From NCBI GenBank assembly GCA_965153285.1, contig OZ229117.1: 64,000 nucleotides of DNA. One strand, given 5' to 3'. Under the pieces are notes generated by a model. The model was not told where the DNA came from. It saw only the letters and a list, made by a program, of their open reading frames with translations, and did no database searches. The stretch is from Podarcis tiliguerta. Lineage: Eukaryota. The position numbers and the translations under genes are program-made. Shown piece by piece: positions 13,885 to 27,359 of the stretch. Numbering within the stretch: position 1 is the stretch's first letter; each line of letters starts with the position of its first letter.

Positions 13885-14110
13885 AATCCACGGTTGGCCA
13901 AAACCTTATTAAGACCAATAAAAAAGTCACAAAATTGTAGCAAGCTTCCGCGTTCTCCAAGTATCTTCGCTAGGCAAGATGTTACACAAAATGTCTCAAA
14001 AGAGTAACCTCCTGCAGATGGCGGAAACTTGCGACTTCTTTTGTGTCCATGCCTTAGCTTAGGTCTAAAGAAAGTTGTTCCACAACTCTAGGTTTTGAAC
14101 GCTTTTACTG
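13885..14110. mobile_element. Degenerate Penelope-like terminal fragment
   Basis: ACCTTATTAAGACCAA...GTCACAAAAT...GCAAGCTTCCGCGTTCTCCAAG resembles the reverse of a reptile Penelope end. Confidence 0.4.
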
Positions 14111-14532
14111 TAGGTTCCCGCAAAGGAGTGCGTTTAAGATTGCAGCCTTAAGAGCTCAATGGCAGTTCTTGGTAATCTACGACCCCTATAGATGGTTGTT
14201 TTACAAATGACAACCCAGCTCTTTCCCGGCCAGCTCCCATTCTTTCTCTCTGAGTAAGGCCAAGGCTTTCTCTTAAGAGCAGCAATGCACTAAAAGTCCG
14301 TTTCTTTCCCATCAGAAAGACTGGCTTTCTTGTCAGGGACCCGATCCAGTTCAATCTCTTTCATTTTCCCGAGGGGCGTGGGGAGATGATTAAGTACCAC
14401 TCTGCAACTGAAATACCTGTGTTTTATCAACCTGTGATAGCACTTCACTTACTTGATATGCACGGTGCCCAGAATTATTAAGGCCAGGAGAGGAGTGGAA
14501 ATTCTATCTGGTTAATGTGACTTATTTTAACA

Positions 14533-14533
14533 A

Positions 14534-14589
<56 letters not shown>
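14533..14589. repeat. Compound (CA)n(GA)n microsatellite
   Basis: Directly visible. Confidence 0.95.
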
Positions 14590-14590
<1 letters not shown>

Positions 14591-14695
14591 GCGCGGGGGG
14601 AGGCATGTTAAAATAAATCATATTAATCATATATATGTCTCTGTATGAAAATGTATGTGTGGTTAACATACGAAGTCCCCCTACACTGCTACAAG

Positions 14696-14766
<71 letters not shown>

Positions 14767-14768
14767 TC
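14696..14768. repeat. (TTTC)n tetranucleotide microsatellite
   Basis: Directly visible. Confidence 0.95.
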
Positions 14769-16510
14769 CAAACCGATCGTTCTTTGGTTTTCACCAATCT
14801 CCCCCTCCCCGCATCTTGTAGAGGTAAGGAGGCTGCAGGAATGCGAGTCTACAATCAGCCATCTGTCAGTTACAAGTGGCTTTTTCTTTTTTTGGTCGTG
14901 AGGAGAGGGCCGAACGCTAGGATACGCTTTCGTGGCGCTGGGGGGCGGGGTGGGGGGAGAGAATGGAGGAGGGGGAAGCAGCAGCCTGCCCGCAGACTTT
15001 CCCTTCTTCCTGCGGGTCTGTCTCCGAACAACTCCACTCCAAAGGAAACAGCTGGGCTGCATTGCTCGCACCCAAAATTAATTAAGAGCTCCGTTCGTGG
15101 GGATTTGATGATTCAATAAAAACCCAGACTCTCATATTCTCCTCTGTGGCTGCAATGATCCACTTCACTTTCTCTCTCTCTCTTTTTTTTTTTTTACTGG
15201 GGGGAGATATATGTCCCTAGATAGGACGGACCGGCATCTTCCCCTCCCCACGAGCGAAGAGGGGAGGGTTTTCCAGATTGTCTCTAATGCTCACACTAAT
15301 TCAAAATTGCCACTTGTTTGCAAGGTTTGGGGAGAGAGGGACGCTCCCTCTCCCTTTTCAAAATGATCGTGATGAGGAACTAGAAAGTGGCGGTGGGGGA
15401 TTGCCAGTGCTGTCAAGAATTAACGTATTGGTCGTTTGGAAAAGCAGCTGGTTTGGGGTGGGGGAGGCGGAGGGGTCTGTGTGTGAGACGGTCTAGCGCC
15501 TTGCCAAGTCCAGATGGCCTAATACTCTAAGCAGGTCACGTTAAAAAAAAGAAGCGGGGAGGAGGGGGAGAGAAGTGGTTGGTTAGGGGAGGTCATGGCT
15601 ATCGCTTTACACGTCGTGAGCCGAATTCGATTCGGCTCTAGGGACCCCAGGTTTTGACGGGCGAGAGTGAGGCTGCGCGGGGGGTGGGGGAGTTTCTCTC
15701 GCGGTTAGTTAATTCGAAGCAAAAGAATGTCTGGCTGCAGCCTGTGCAACAAAAACCACAATTAACAACAACGCCCACTTGTTTTGTTAATTTATTTAAA
15801 AGCAAACAAAACTTTGCTCCCTCCCCAGCGATTTCAGTTTGGAGCCCCCGTCTCAAGCGAGAAGAGGACTTTCCCGAGTTTTTGAAGCGTCTCACAGCCG
15901 AGAAGGCTCCGGGTGGGATAGAAACTCTACCTCGTTAACCCAAGGGGGACTTTTTTTGGGGGGGGCAGGGGACTCACTTTAGTTGCCCAGTGACTTCCGA
16001 GGATGGAAAGCTGCGTCCCAGATTATTTAATTTCTCATCTCCCCACCCCCATTAGCGTTTGACTTCAGTGCAAATAAAGACAGTGTCAGAACCCCTTTCA
16101 GCGAATTCCAAACTACCTCAGGTCAGTCTAGAAGCAAGAGTATTTAATGCGCGTTCACGCTACAGATATCTTAACGCGGGTTAAACTCGCTGATTGCAAG
16201 GATAATCCAAATTAGTTAACCACGAAAGAAGCCTGAATGGTTCCCGCACTAATAAAGACCAGAGCATTTTATTCCGGATATGTTCACCTGGAATGACCAC
16301 CACTTAACAAGAGAGGCATTAGGACAGTCCTTCCACCCAGAGTCATGCAACGGGGAAACGGCTCCTTTTGCCAAACACGGGGATTTGAAGAAAGAAAACG
16401 CCTTTAAAAATAGGTGCGGTTCATTTGTCCAGCTGAAATATATTTCATAGGCATCGACTCAAGTCTTTGGGTTGCCTGTTGGGGGGGGGGCGTTTCTGGC
16501 TGGCTGTCTT

Positions 16511-16621
16511 CATGGGTGTAGCCAAGAGGGGCAGGGAGAGACAGCTGCCCCCCCAATCAATAAAAATACATAGCAAACTGAAGTTCTGCCCCCTACAAAA
16601 AAAAACCTGGCTACGCCCATG
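16511..16621. mobile_element. 111-bp hAT-like MITE with perfect 8-bp TSD
   Basis: TIRs CATGGGTGTAGCCA / TGGCTACGCCCATG. TSD GCTGTCTT at 16503-16510 and 16622-16629. Confidence 0.9.
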
Positions 16622-16702
16622 GCTGTCTTACCACAAGTTCTTAAAATCATCTCCCTCTTTTGACGCAATTGGATATTTAATATCTCTTTCAATCATCTAG
16701 AA

Positions 16703-16838
16703 CATGCTTCTTCAACCTCGGCCCTCCAGATGTTTTTGGCCTACAACTCCCAAGATCCGTAGCTAGCAGGACCAGTGGTCAGGGATTATGGGAATTGTAG
16801 TCTCAAAACATCTGGAGGGCCAAGGTTGAGGAAGCCTG
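16703..16838. mobile_element. Palindromic hAT MITE with NTCTAGAN target duplication
   Basis: Ends CATGCTTCTTCAACCT / AGGTTGAGGAAGCCTG. Flanks ATCTAGAA and GTCTAGAA match at 7 of 8 positions. Confidence 0.88.
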
Positions 16839-17863
16839 GTCTAGAAGACGTTTTGTATTAGTATGTCACATCCACACCATACACTCAAAGAATAATTATA
16901 TACCACTTTAAGAGACATGCTGCCCCCACAAAGAACCTTGGGAAGTGTGGTCTGCTAAGAGTTGCCTATCTACTCTCTGGGAAACTACAATGTTCCCGGG
17001 ATTCTCTGGGAAGTGGCGAGTGGGGAATCCGGTTTGAGTCCAAATACCTGGGCTTTGGATTAGCCGAGTTGTCTGTGGATCGGGTTCAAAGTGGACGCTT
17101 TTAATTTCAGCACCTTCCAATCAACGAGCCCAGGCAGGTTCAGCGGATGAAGCAGATTTCGGGGTCCGCTCAACTCCAAGCAGCTAATGCTCTCCTTAAT
17201 TCTCTCTGAGCCAGGTCTATCTTTCTATCCATCGGTTCCTCCTTTAGGATCTCTCAGGCCAAGTAATAGATCTGAAAACTGTTCCAGCTGGAGTCGAGGT
17301 TGGACTGGCATCCTCCTTGGAGCAAGCCCGTTGAACCCAGACGGATTTACTTCTGAATAAACCTGCATAAGATTACCTGGCACGTTCCCCACCGCCCCCC
17401 TTCTCTCAGATCTCTGCTGGCTCCCACTGAAAGGATTGTTCAAGCCACTTACCTGGTAGGAGTAGTAAACTCCAAAGTGTTAGTTTACAATCCTTAGGTT
17501 AGTTCTGAGTAAACACACAGCGGATCTAGGCTACAAAAAGGGTTCCAGGCTGGCTGGATCGTGCTCTTTTACATTGTTGATTGGGGAGTGTGTGACTTTA
17601 TTCGAGTTCGCTGCTTTCTTGTTATCAAGATGATGATAATTATTAATAATAAGTGAACAAAAATCGTCCTCCTTTTTGGAGGCTGGAAGAGAGAAGTTTT
17701 CCCCGTAAATTTGATTAGTTTAATTTATTGTATGAGTATTATATATCCTTAGTACATGTGGTATTCCACCTCCCCGCTCTTCCCTTTTCCCCCAGGAGAG
17801 GACCAAGTCGGAGGAGTGTTTGAGCATAAGATGTGCCAAAGAGGGCAAGAGATAATTGGTGGC

Positions 17864-18176
17864 AAGGGCTTGCCCATCAGAAGGTCAGTGGTTCGAATCC
17901 CTGCGAAGCGGTGAGCTCCAGTTGTTCGGTCCTTGCTCCTGCCCACATAGCAGTTCGAAAGCACACCAATGCAAGTAGATAATTAGGTACCACTCCGGCG
18001 GGAAGGTAAAAGGCATTTCTGTGCGCTGCTCTGGTTCGCCAGAAGTGGCTTATCATGCTAGCCACATGACCTGGAAGCTGTACACTGCTACCTCGACCAG
18101 TAAAGTGAGATGAGCGCCACAACCCCAAAGCCGTCTGCGACTGGACCTAACCGTCAGGGGTCCCGTTACCTTTTTA
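17864..18176 (+). mobile_element. Sauria SINE (lacertid-type), slightly 5'-truncated
   Basis: B box GGTTCGAATCC, core GCAGTTCGAAAGCAC...GCAAGTAGATAA..GGTACC and tail CAGGGGTCCC...TACCTTT. Collinear with 56812-57140. Confidence 0.9.
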
Positions 18177-20703
18177 GCTACCAAAAAAGCTACCAACAGC
18201 ACAGGACCGGAGCTAGCAGGACGGACGTCTGTCTGCTGCTGCGCGAAAAGCGAGTGCGCTCTGGTTTCTTTAAATTGGGAGAAATCAATAAACGCCATTA
18301 GAACCAAACAGTTGAAATAATTTCCCTGCCCAATGGGCATCCTGGCTTTCCATAAAATCCATTCAGTGCTGCGTTGCGTTTTATTCCTGCCTTCTGCCCC
18401 CGCGCCCCAAACCAGCATTTCTCGTCCTCATGACCGCAAGAGACCAAAGTTTTCTACTTTGCTAAATGTAGACCACCGTTGCAGGATGGAGAAGATACAC
18501 GAATCTGTATTTGTGGCAGCCCGTCTTCACTCCTGCATAGACTACCCAATCCTTGACGCGGTTTCTACTAACGGAACAGTAGTTACGCCGCAGCTCACTT
18601 GGAACCTATAGGCCTACTTTATTTGCTAGGCATCTGCCACTCTCAAAAGATGTTCACCTCGCAAAGGACTTTGCTGTCTTTATTGTGCTTGTCCTCACAA
18701 CAGCCCTGTGAGGTAGGCCAATCATGAAGATTATGAATGTGACAGCGCAACACATTGGCCAAGGCCATAGGATGTCGCTCCCAGAGCTAAGTCCACAAAC
18801 TCTCACTCCTGTTGCCTGTTTGGAAGAAACAGGCAAGACCAAGGTCACCACAGCCCAACTTAGGTGTAAAGATTCCCCTTTGCCTCTGTCGCTTAAGCCT
18901 TGCAGTTTATTAGCGAGAAATCTCTTGGGTTTTTTTTGCTTTGGAGATGCCCAGTTTTTTCCCCTACCGCAGCTGTCTTCCTCCCAAACCAGTTCGGATT
19001 AGTCTAATCGAACTTCAAGGGGGCTAAACCGAGGTAAATATCCACCAACTCCTGTATGGTGCCTCGCTCCTTGCTGGATTAAAGCCGGTGTCATTCCGTG
19101 GGAGGGAATCAGAAAGTCTCCTGAGCTTCACTCAGAAGAAATCCCGTTGCAATCCGTGTGATTTAAATGCAAAAGAAACCGATTTGAGTTTAGTTACCCA
19201 AGCCCCCTAGAATATCTCCCTCCATCCTCCCCCCCGCCAACTCAGTCTTTGTGGATATATTTGGCATTGGGGAAACAGCTGTTTTGGGAGCTAGTTGCAC
19301 AAAAGCTAATATATACTCTCTTTTTTGGAGCAGGGATTTCTCTCCTCTTTCCCCCTTTCTTGCTAGAGCATGACAAACTCTCCCTGTTTTCCCCTCAACC
19401 CTGAAAGCAGCGTGTGAATAAAACAATTTGGAGTCTACGGAACCATCTTTTATTCATACTGCCTTTAAACAAGAGTGGAAAATATATTCCCACCGGCCCT
19501 CAGGCCACTGGAGCCAGAGAGCGGATGATCTTCGAAGCCAGCAGCATTCTTTATCCTCATTGGGAAAGTGTGCCTAGAAACTGGCGTGAAATCGGTTTCA
19601 ATCCGAATCCTCCGAACCCGAATGACCCGTCGTTTTCACCATAGCGTTTCAAGGACTGCACGCAAAGGAAAACTAGATCCCAGATTCGTCACCACCCACA
19701 CTCAGTAAGGCGAAGTAGAATTCGAATCAATGTAATCACAAGAAAACATCGGGGGGAGCCTCCAGAATGACAGTAATACGCAATCACTAAAAGCGGGGAA
19801 CGCTCTCGGCTGATCATTTTAAATTCGGGTCCAGCTCTGGAACCGGGTGTGCGTGGGAACTCGGATGTTAACCTTTCGGAACTCAAGCCGGAGTCAGCAT
19901 CTGACTGGAGAAGATTTAAGGGGTAAAGGGGGACCCCCATCCCCTGACATGTGTGCGCATGTGTGTATGCCCAAGCTACCTTTCCCCTTCCCCAAAATCT
20001 CTTTTATAATACCACGTCAGTCAGAACATCCAATTCCCCATATTCGCAGACCATTCGAAGCAAATAAATGGGTTTAGGCAAGGTTTGAAAGCCCAAGGGC
20101 TTGGAGGAGAGAGCTCTCACTCTGTCACCGCAGATCGGTGGAGATGGTTCCTGTGGGTGCTTACTCGTAAAAAAGTCTTACTGAGAGCAGTTGGATTGTG
20201 CCTAACTAGGTTGTGGCGAAATGGACAAAGAAAGTTTGGGATGTGGAAGGGGACTTAGGTAAGGGTCAATTCTCGGCTCATACCTGTGAAGCTCACTTGA
20301 CCCTGCTTCGAGTCTCCTCTAACTTACCTTGCAGGGCTGTAGTGAAGACAAAATGAGGAGTGGGAGAGAGACGGACTCTGCGGGATTCTTTAATTAATTA
20401 TTATTATTAAATAATAAATACTGCCTAGAATTGCATCTTTACGCAACTCTACCCTGTCCAGGTTTTCCTACCGCTTTAAAGGAGGTATCTTCCTGAATAA
20501 GTGTACACAGGATCGCAGCCTTTTAAAAATAGTAACATTCACGTTATTTACTTATTTCTTATATATAATAATAAGTATTCGAGGGCCCTAAAAAAACCGG
20601 TTTGTACTGCCCAATCCTATCTACATTCTACTCGGAAACATATCGCACTGAGTCCAATGGGGTTTACTCCAAGGTAAAGTACACAAAGGACTGAAGGTCT
20701 GGA

Positions 20704-20790
20704 CTGCAATTCCGGGCACACTTCCCTAGGCACGGGTCCATTTGAACTTGGTGGGACTTACTTCTGAGCAGACACGCATAGGATTGCATT
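20704..20790. mobile_element. Short (~85 bp) CTGCAATCC...GGATTGCAG-type MITE, one of many decayed copies
   Basis: Inverted ends with internal GGGACTTACTTCTGAGYAGAC. Related relics near 11360, 12890, 13480, 17320, 20610, 21975, 36040-36180, 37020 and 39790-39930. Confidence 0.6.
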
Positions 20791-23700
20791 GTTAAGGGCG
20801 TTTTGCAAAGCGCAAACTGAATCTGACATCAAGAGGAGTTTAAAAATCCCTTTGGATTAGTTTTCCTTGTTACGGATCTGTTCGTTGCAGGTGGTTTAAA
20901 TGATCATAAACTCCGAGGAAATGTCAGACAATAGAGCCCTATTCTTGGTGGGGAAGTTTCTTCCTCCCTTTAAAAGATGGGGCGCGGCAGGTGGGGGAGA
21001 GAACCACTTTCCTATTTTTACCTTTTCATCACCAATTAAGCCTCCACTCCCTTTGAATCCGGAGGGTTAGGTTAGTCTTTATAGAGTAAATCTGCTCTTC
21101 TTGGGCAGCGCCTCTTTAAACGAGCCCCTCAGGAGTCCCAGAGAGGGTCACCTAAACCAGAGCAGTTGCGTTTACATGGTAGTGTGCTCCTCTGCCTTCT
21201 GCGCTTTTCCTTGAAATAGTTGTTTTGTTGTTTTATTTTTAACAGTTTGGAAACCGCTTCCGAATACGTTCCTAGGGCCAACCCGCCTCCCGCTTCCTCC
21301 ATTCAGGAAGGAAGCACTCGTTAATCTGCTATTGCCGTCCATGCAAACATACGCGGGGTCAGACACACGTAGAAATATTTCGGTTAAACTGGTTTGCTGG
21401 GAGTATGACCCTCTAGATATTGTTAGACTACAGTTCCGGTCATCCCTGACCTTTGGACCGGTTGGCTGAGGCTGATGGGAATTGGAGGAGGGAGGATATG
21501 AGGAAGGGGCACATGGGTCTACCACCCCTTGTTCCAAGCTCATCTTTGTGGAAGTTTATGCAGACACTGAAATCAAGTCCTGGTGGGAACCTTCCTTTCA
21601 GTACTGACTCGGTCCTGAGAGGCATGATGTCTCTGAGCATGTGCAAAGGGTTCTTTCCTTCTGCTGGGGGGGGGGGGAAGCCCGCATCTGGGATGGAGAG
21701 GGGGTTTGGAAACAGGCTTTTGATGGTGAGTTTCATCGCTCTCTCTTTGGAAATGATCAACCCCTGTTTTGAAGGCCTCAGTCAAATAGCAGCCAGGAGC
21801 CTTTTGACCGGAATACCAAGCGAGTAGAGGTGAAAAGGAAAATGGTTTTTGCAACACTGGTGATTTCTCTCCCTGTCTCAACTTGAATTGAATCTAGTCA
21901 TTTCCATGCTTTTTATGGGACTTCCCTCCACACACGCACACTTAGCCTATGATGCTTACAGCTCGGCGTTCACTACGATCCTAAACACGTAGACTAAGGA
22001 ATAAGCCCTGTGGAAGAGAATGGGATTTACTCCCGTGTAAACATTTAGAGGATTGCACTCCCAAACCCACGTGTCTCCCCCGCAAATATTACCCTCTCAA
22101 CAGAAGTGTGAGACCCACTGAACAAAACTTATATCCGAGTATACATGCATGGACTCGAGTATTTCAGCCACCCTAAGAGATGTTCACATTTCGAAAAACG
22201 ATTGTTTTCCCATGTTGTTGTTTTTCCAGTTGAGACAGATCCTTTGGGCGCTTACTCGGGAGAGAACCCCACTTAACGCGGTGGGGCGACGCCGACCTGC
22301 CTAGAGAATCCACCTGCCTGTTTAGCTCTTTTCAGTGACTGCTCTTCGCAGATCAAACGGTTTGAGGCTCAACCGGACCTTCGCGCTAGACAAAACGCCT
22401 GCACTCAGTTTACAGGTCCCTGGAAGCCCTTGCGCTCCAAGCAGGAAACCTGACCTGTAAACGGAGTGCCTTTGACTTCGATTTATATGCAACCCACTTG
22501 CTAGGAAGCGCTTCCAAACTGAGGCAAAAGTGGAGTGTGAACTTTCTGGGACTTGTACCTCAGGACGACTTCCCGGCTCCCATCACTTTGATTTGCAGGT
22601 AAAGCTGCGCCCCTGAAAGGGAAAGGAGGGGTGAATAATCGGCTTTTAATCGGCGTGCGTCTGAAACCCAAACGAGCCGATCATTAGCTAATTACCACCG
22701 AGTTTGTAACAGCCTCTGATGACTGCTCTCTGAAGTGCTGTTTACTCCAACCGTAACCTAAGAGGGATTTTCTTTTTCTGTTTTTAGCAGGTTAAGGCCG
22801 GGGAAGCGGGGTTGCCTTGTCTTCTCCCCACCCCCTGAAAGTGAGATCTACAAGTTATAAGTCTGCAGCGTGGAGAAATGAAGCAATATTTGGAGAGGGA
22901 TCAGAGACAGAAAGATTCCGGGTTTGAAATTACTGCTTCATTATGTTTTCATTTTAAAAAAAATAAAAATCAGAGAAACTACTTTCCCCCAGACCATTCC
23001 GGGGCGCTGGCAAACGGTTTGCGGGCGTTTGTGTGCGTGGTCGGAGGGGAAGGTTGACCTCACCTCACTGCGGTTTGATCTGCTCGTCGCGGTTTTCGAT
23101 TTGCAGAACAGAGATCTGGCTGGAACACGAGGCCAATCAGTCCTCGCAGCCCCTATCTAAACCTGCAACATGCACAGCCCTGAGCTTTAGAAGGAAACCT
23201 CGATCTCTAAACGGGCGTCAAATCGGAGCCTTTCAAACGCTATCCAGGGCATGTGTGCTTGCATAGGAAGAAGTCTCGCACTCTTAAGCTGGCATCAGGA
23301 TTGTCATCCTACGCGAAGGACTCCGAAAGCAGTGAAGGCTTTTTTCCAGGAACGCGTTTGCATGCTTACTTAATCCGAAGCAGGTTTGCTTGAAAGCCCC
23401 ATGGTCCTCAGCAGGATTCCCTTCGGATGCGGAACGTAGCTTAACGCCACACCGAGGGCTTCAGAAACGCTATGACCTGGAAGTCAGTCTACTTTGTGGC
23501 ATTGACGCATTTGGGCGCCCCCAGCCTGTTGCCCTATCTAAATTCACGGATTTCGACGCCAGTTGTCTCCCTGGCCAGTGCCTTTTCCATCCCCCTCCAC
23601 ACACACTTCCAGTACCACCCCGCTTTCAAAATACTGGATCCAAGTCCCAGCCATTAATTCGGATTTACCCCGCCTCCCCATTTGCGAGAATACTTCTATT

Positions 23701-26700
23701 ATCCCAAACTTTGTTTTCAAGTCCAGCTGTTTTCTCCCTTTGTGTGAATGAGGAAGATAGCTGCACGGCTGCCCCCCCACCCAAAAAAACCCTGCACACA
23801 ACCCAGGATGGATTCACACTCGCTGCAGGTTTAATAAATTAGTCAGAGATCCACACGTTACACCTTTACACGAGTTTTCTCTCTCTTCAGAAAGCTGGAA
23901 CCCTGGACTGAAACTGACAAGCCTTCTTCTTCCACCACCCCACATCCATAAACTTCACGGGGGGTGAGTTGGCTAGCGCACACCTACCCATTATGAACCG
24001 CCTTATGTTTTGCTTCTAACGCCATGCAGAGACCACTTGTTATATTTAGACGACGAAAAGCGGTTCCTTTCACTAACGCAAGTGGATCGAAACTGGTTTG
24101 ACTCCAGCTACTTTGCACGTTGCGATTCCGAAGTAAATTTAACTGGAATCAATGGGAACGACTTTCCTTTCGATATCTAATACGTCTGATTACTCCTAAT
24201 AGGAAGAAAATTCCACTGGAACACATAGACCTTCTTTTAAAGTATTGGTGTGTGTTGGGGGTGGGGGAGTCTATTTAGCACCACGGCACATCAGCCTCCT
24301 ACCAGATTCACGTGGTGTCCCATTTTGGATGCTCAGGAAATTTGTTTTGCCCCCCCCCCCTCAAAAAAACAACAACAACACAGCATACATAAACACTATT
24401 TGGGGTGAAATGACTGTTTTGTATGTAATTTCCTTCCAAAAATCCAGTTGGTGGGAAATATATTCAACGTTTGCACCCAGCCAAGTTTTACTTAGAGGAG
24501 ACACGTTCATATTAATGGACTTAAGTTTCTCTTGTCCAAGAATTTCAGTGCGTCTACTCTGAGTAGAACAAACATTGGACACAGCTCTAAGCTCCAGATT
24601 TTTTTTAGATCTTTAGACATAAAAACAAAAACCATCCCGTTTAAAATAAAAATGTAAATTTGTTTCGGATGTAATTGTAAACGCTAATTACCATAACATT
24701 ATTTTTGCTGCTATAAAAACAACAACAACCCGAAGACATGTTTTGCTAAGGTTATACCAGACAAATGCATGTTATTTACACATGTATTTAAAATTTCACC
24801 TGGAGATGAGAGTACACTTAATTTTTATTGGATTTATTATCTATTCATAATCCTAGTTCAGCCTTAACTAGAATCAAGAAGGACAGCAGGCCGGTTAGTT
24901 GTATCTTAAAGGAAATTGATTAATTCCCTTAGGAATTTAATACATCAAAAGAAAACCTTATGGAGACTGCTGGCGCGCCTATTCAATATGATCATTATTA
25001 TATAGAAGGAACCAAGGTTGGCAATATTTATGTTTAAGTTACTAACCTTATATTCTGAGTTTGTGTAGTGCCCCCCCCCCCAATTCAAAGACTGAAAGAA
25101 TCGTGGTTATTAAAATTATAAATAACATCAGCAACAGTCTCGAGGTTATCATATACGTGCGTGCTGAAAATGGTCGTAATTGTTTTTTTAAAAAACCATA
25201 CCAAGTATAACACGGCCTTCTTTATTTTATTTTAGAATGTCGGGAAGCTAAACATTATATTTATATTTAAAAGGCGCCTTTAAGAATTGAAAGATCGGAT
25301 GGCCATTTCCAACAGGCCAACAGTTTCCCCTGAACTCAACTGAGGTCAACGAATCATTCGCAACTTTCTTTTCCCTTAAATGATGGAAGTAAGTTCAACA
25401 GGTTGATTTGTGGAGTGTTCCCCCCCTTCCCGCCATCATTCCCCCCCCCCCCCGCATCACAGTTCAGATAAACGATTTGACCTGGGTATTCAATCGGTGC
25501 TTTCTTTGAAATCATTATTTACAGTATTCTTATGGCCCTAATATGTGATTGTTTACACGTTTAAACAGCTTTGACTTCTTTATTTAGATTTATTGGCCAG
25601 GCTAAAAGAGTATTTGTATATACCCCGTGGTTTCTTGGGGGAAATCAAATCACATCCCGGTCGCTGTGAGGGTGAAAGGAAAAAGATTACCCCCACCCGC
25701 AAATCGTTTAACTGTATGTAGCTAAACCAATTAGCAGCTAATTAATTATGCGGGTCCAGTTCCGAAAAGCTCGCAAAATATTTATACAAATATAGGGAGA
25801 GAAGTTTTCCTATTTTCCGAGGCAGTGACGAAAGTCACGGATAAGTGGCTAGGAACTGACATCCGTAGAAAATCCAAAGTAATGGGGGGGGGGGATATTC
25901 TCTCTCTCTTTTTGCAGGGAGGTATTTAATAATTTTGAAATGCTGGAAGTGGACTCCGAGTTGAAAGATTAAGCAAACGAATACAAGTTGTCGCCTTTCT
26001 AAAATCGACGAAAATTCATTGCCATCCCGTTGAAATCAATGGCGTTTATTCCCGAGAAAATCTTTTTCGGCTCCCTGTGTTAAGGAAACAATCAAGTCAA
26101 GCGGGTAAGAATCAACTTAATTTCCTTTCGATAACGTGGGTTCAAGGCTGGGATGCCAATCAATTTCCAAGCAGGGGTGAAAAATAGAAAAAGAAAGCTA
26201 TCTTATTTTACTTCTGAGTTGTGGGTTTGGTTTTTAATTCTTTTTATATTTTAAGGGCAGAGTTTTCCTAAATATTCAGTGCCCCTTTCCCATTAATGGA
26301 AGAGATATTGCGGGGGGGGGGGGATACTTTTAATTTTCCTTTCTCCTCTATTTAAAAGCCCATAACCCTGAGACCTGGAAATAAATCTCAGTCCCCCAAA
26401 GAACCGGCAGTATGTGTAGGAGTGAGACCCTCGCATCAGATCACGACCCTAGGTGGTTAAGTTTCCTGAGCTCAAAATGATTTAGCAAATCGGAAATCCA
26501 TCTTTCTTCGGAGCCTTCCTTTCACCCCACTCAAGTTTCCCGTGGATGTGCTAGATTTTTTTTTAAGCGCTTCTTGTCGCTCCCTCTTTAAACTCGCCCA
26601 ACTTTCAAAAGATGAGCGCTATGTTTGAAATTCGGTACAAGTGTGACACCTACCTGTGAATTTGGGAAGCAATCCAAAGGCGACCCTCCTCAACCTTCCA

Positions 26701-26829
26701 TTTGTATGTGCTAATCTCCGTACAGGCAGCACGCACACCCCGCCAAACCATCAAGTGCTTTTGCAGAATGGAGCCGCCAATAGGGGGAAAATTTTAATGC
26801 TAAACTTGAGGCTAGCAATGCGGAGAGAT

Positions 26830-26834
<5 letters not shown>

Positions 26835-26888
<54 letters not shown>
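26835..26888. repeat. Compound (CT)n(GT)n microsatellite
   Basis: Directly visible. Confidence 0.95.
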
Positions 26889-27359
26889 ATTATACACGCA
26901 CAACTGAAATGTCTGTCCGTATATACACAGAGAGAGAGAGATGCACACAGTATATGCACAAACAGAGCTATTTATCCATCTGTTTCCCCAGTGTATTCTC
27001 TTTTAATATGTATTCCCCCTATCCCTCTCGGTAAAAACTCTGCAGACCTTTGAAATAGTAATAAGGGATAAATCTGGCATAAAATCGAACTCATTAGCAA
27101 AGTTCACGAGCTGACTGCTTTGCATAAAGCCCGACACTGATTAAAAGTAATTAGGTTAAGAGACGGTCCGCTGTTGCCATCCTGCGCTTTTGAGTGCACT
27201 TCCACAGGAAATCTCCATCCTCTCCTCCTCTATCCATCCATCCATCCACCCCGCTCGACAAGCAGCAAGCTACAAGCGAGAGACGTTCAGAGTCGCCCGC
27301 TAGCATCCGCGGGACTGGGTCCCCAGGGGGGCGGTGGGGCAAGGGAAACCGGGGGGAGC

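Noticed and set aside
14478-15071. 197-aa minus-strand ORF with KKER repeats
   Set aside because: The open frame is produced by (TTTC)n, (GA)n and (CA)n microsatellites; no protein-like signal.
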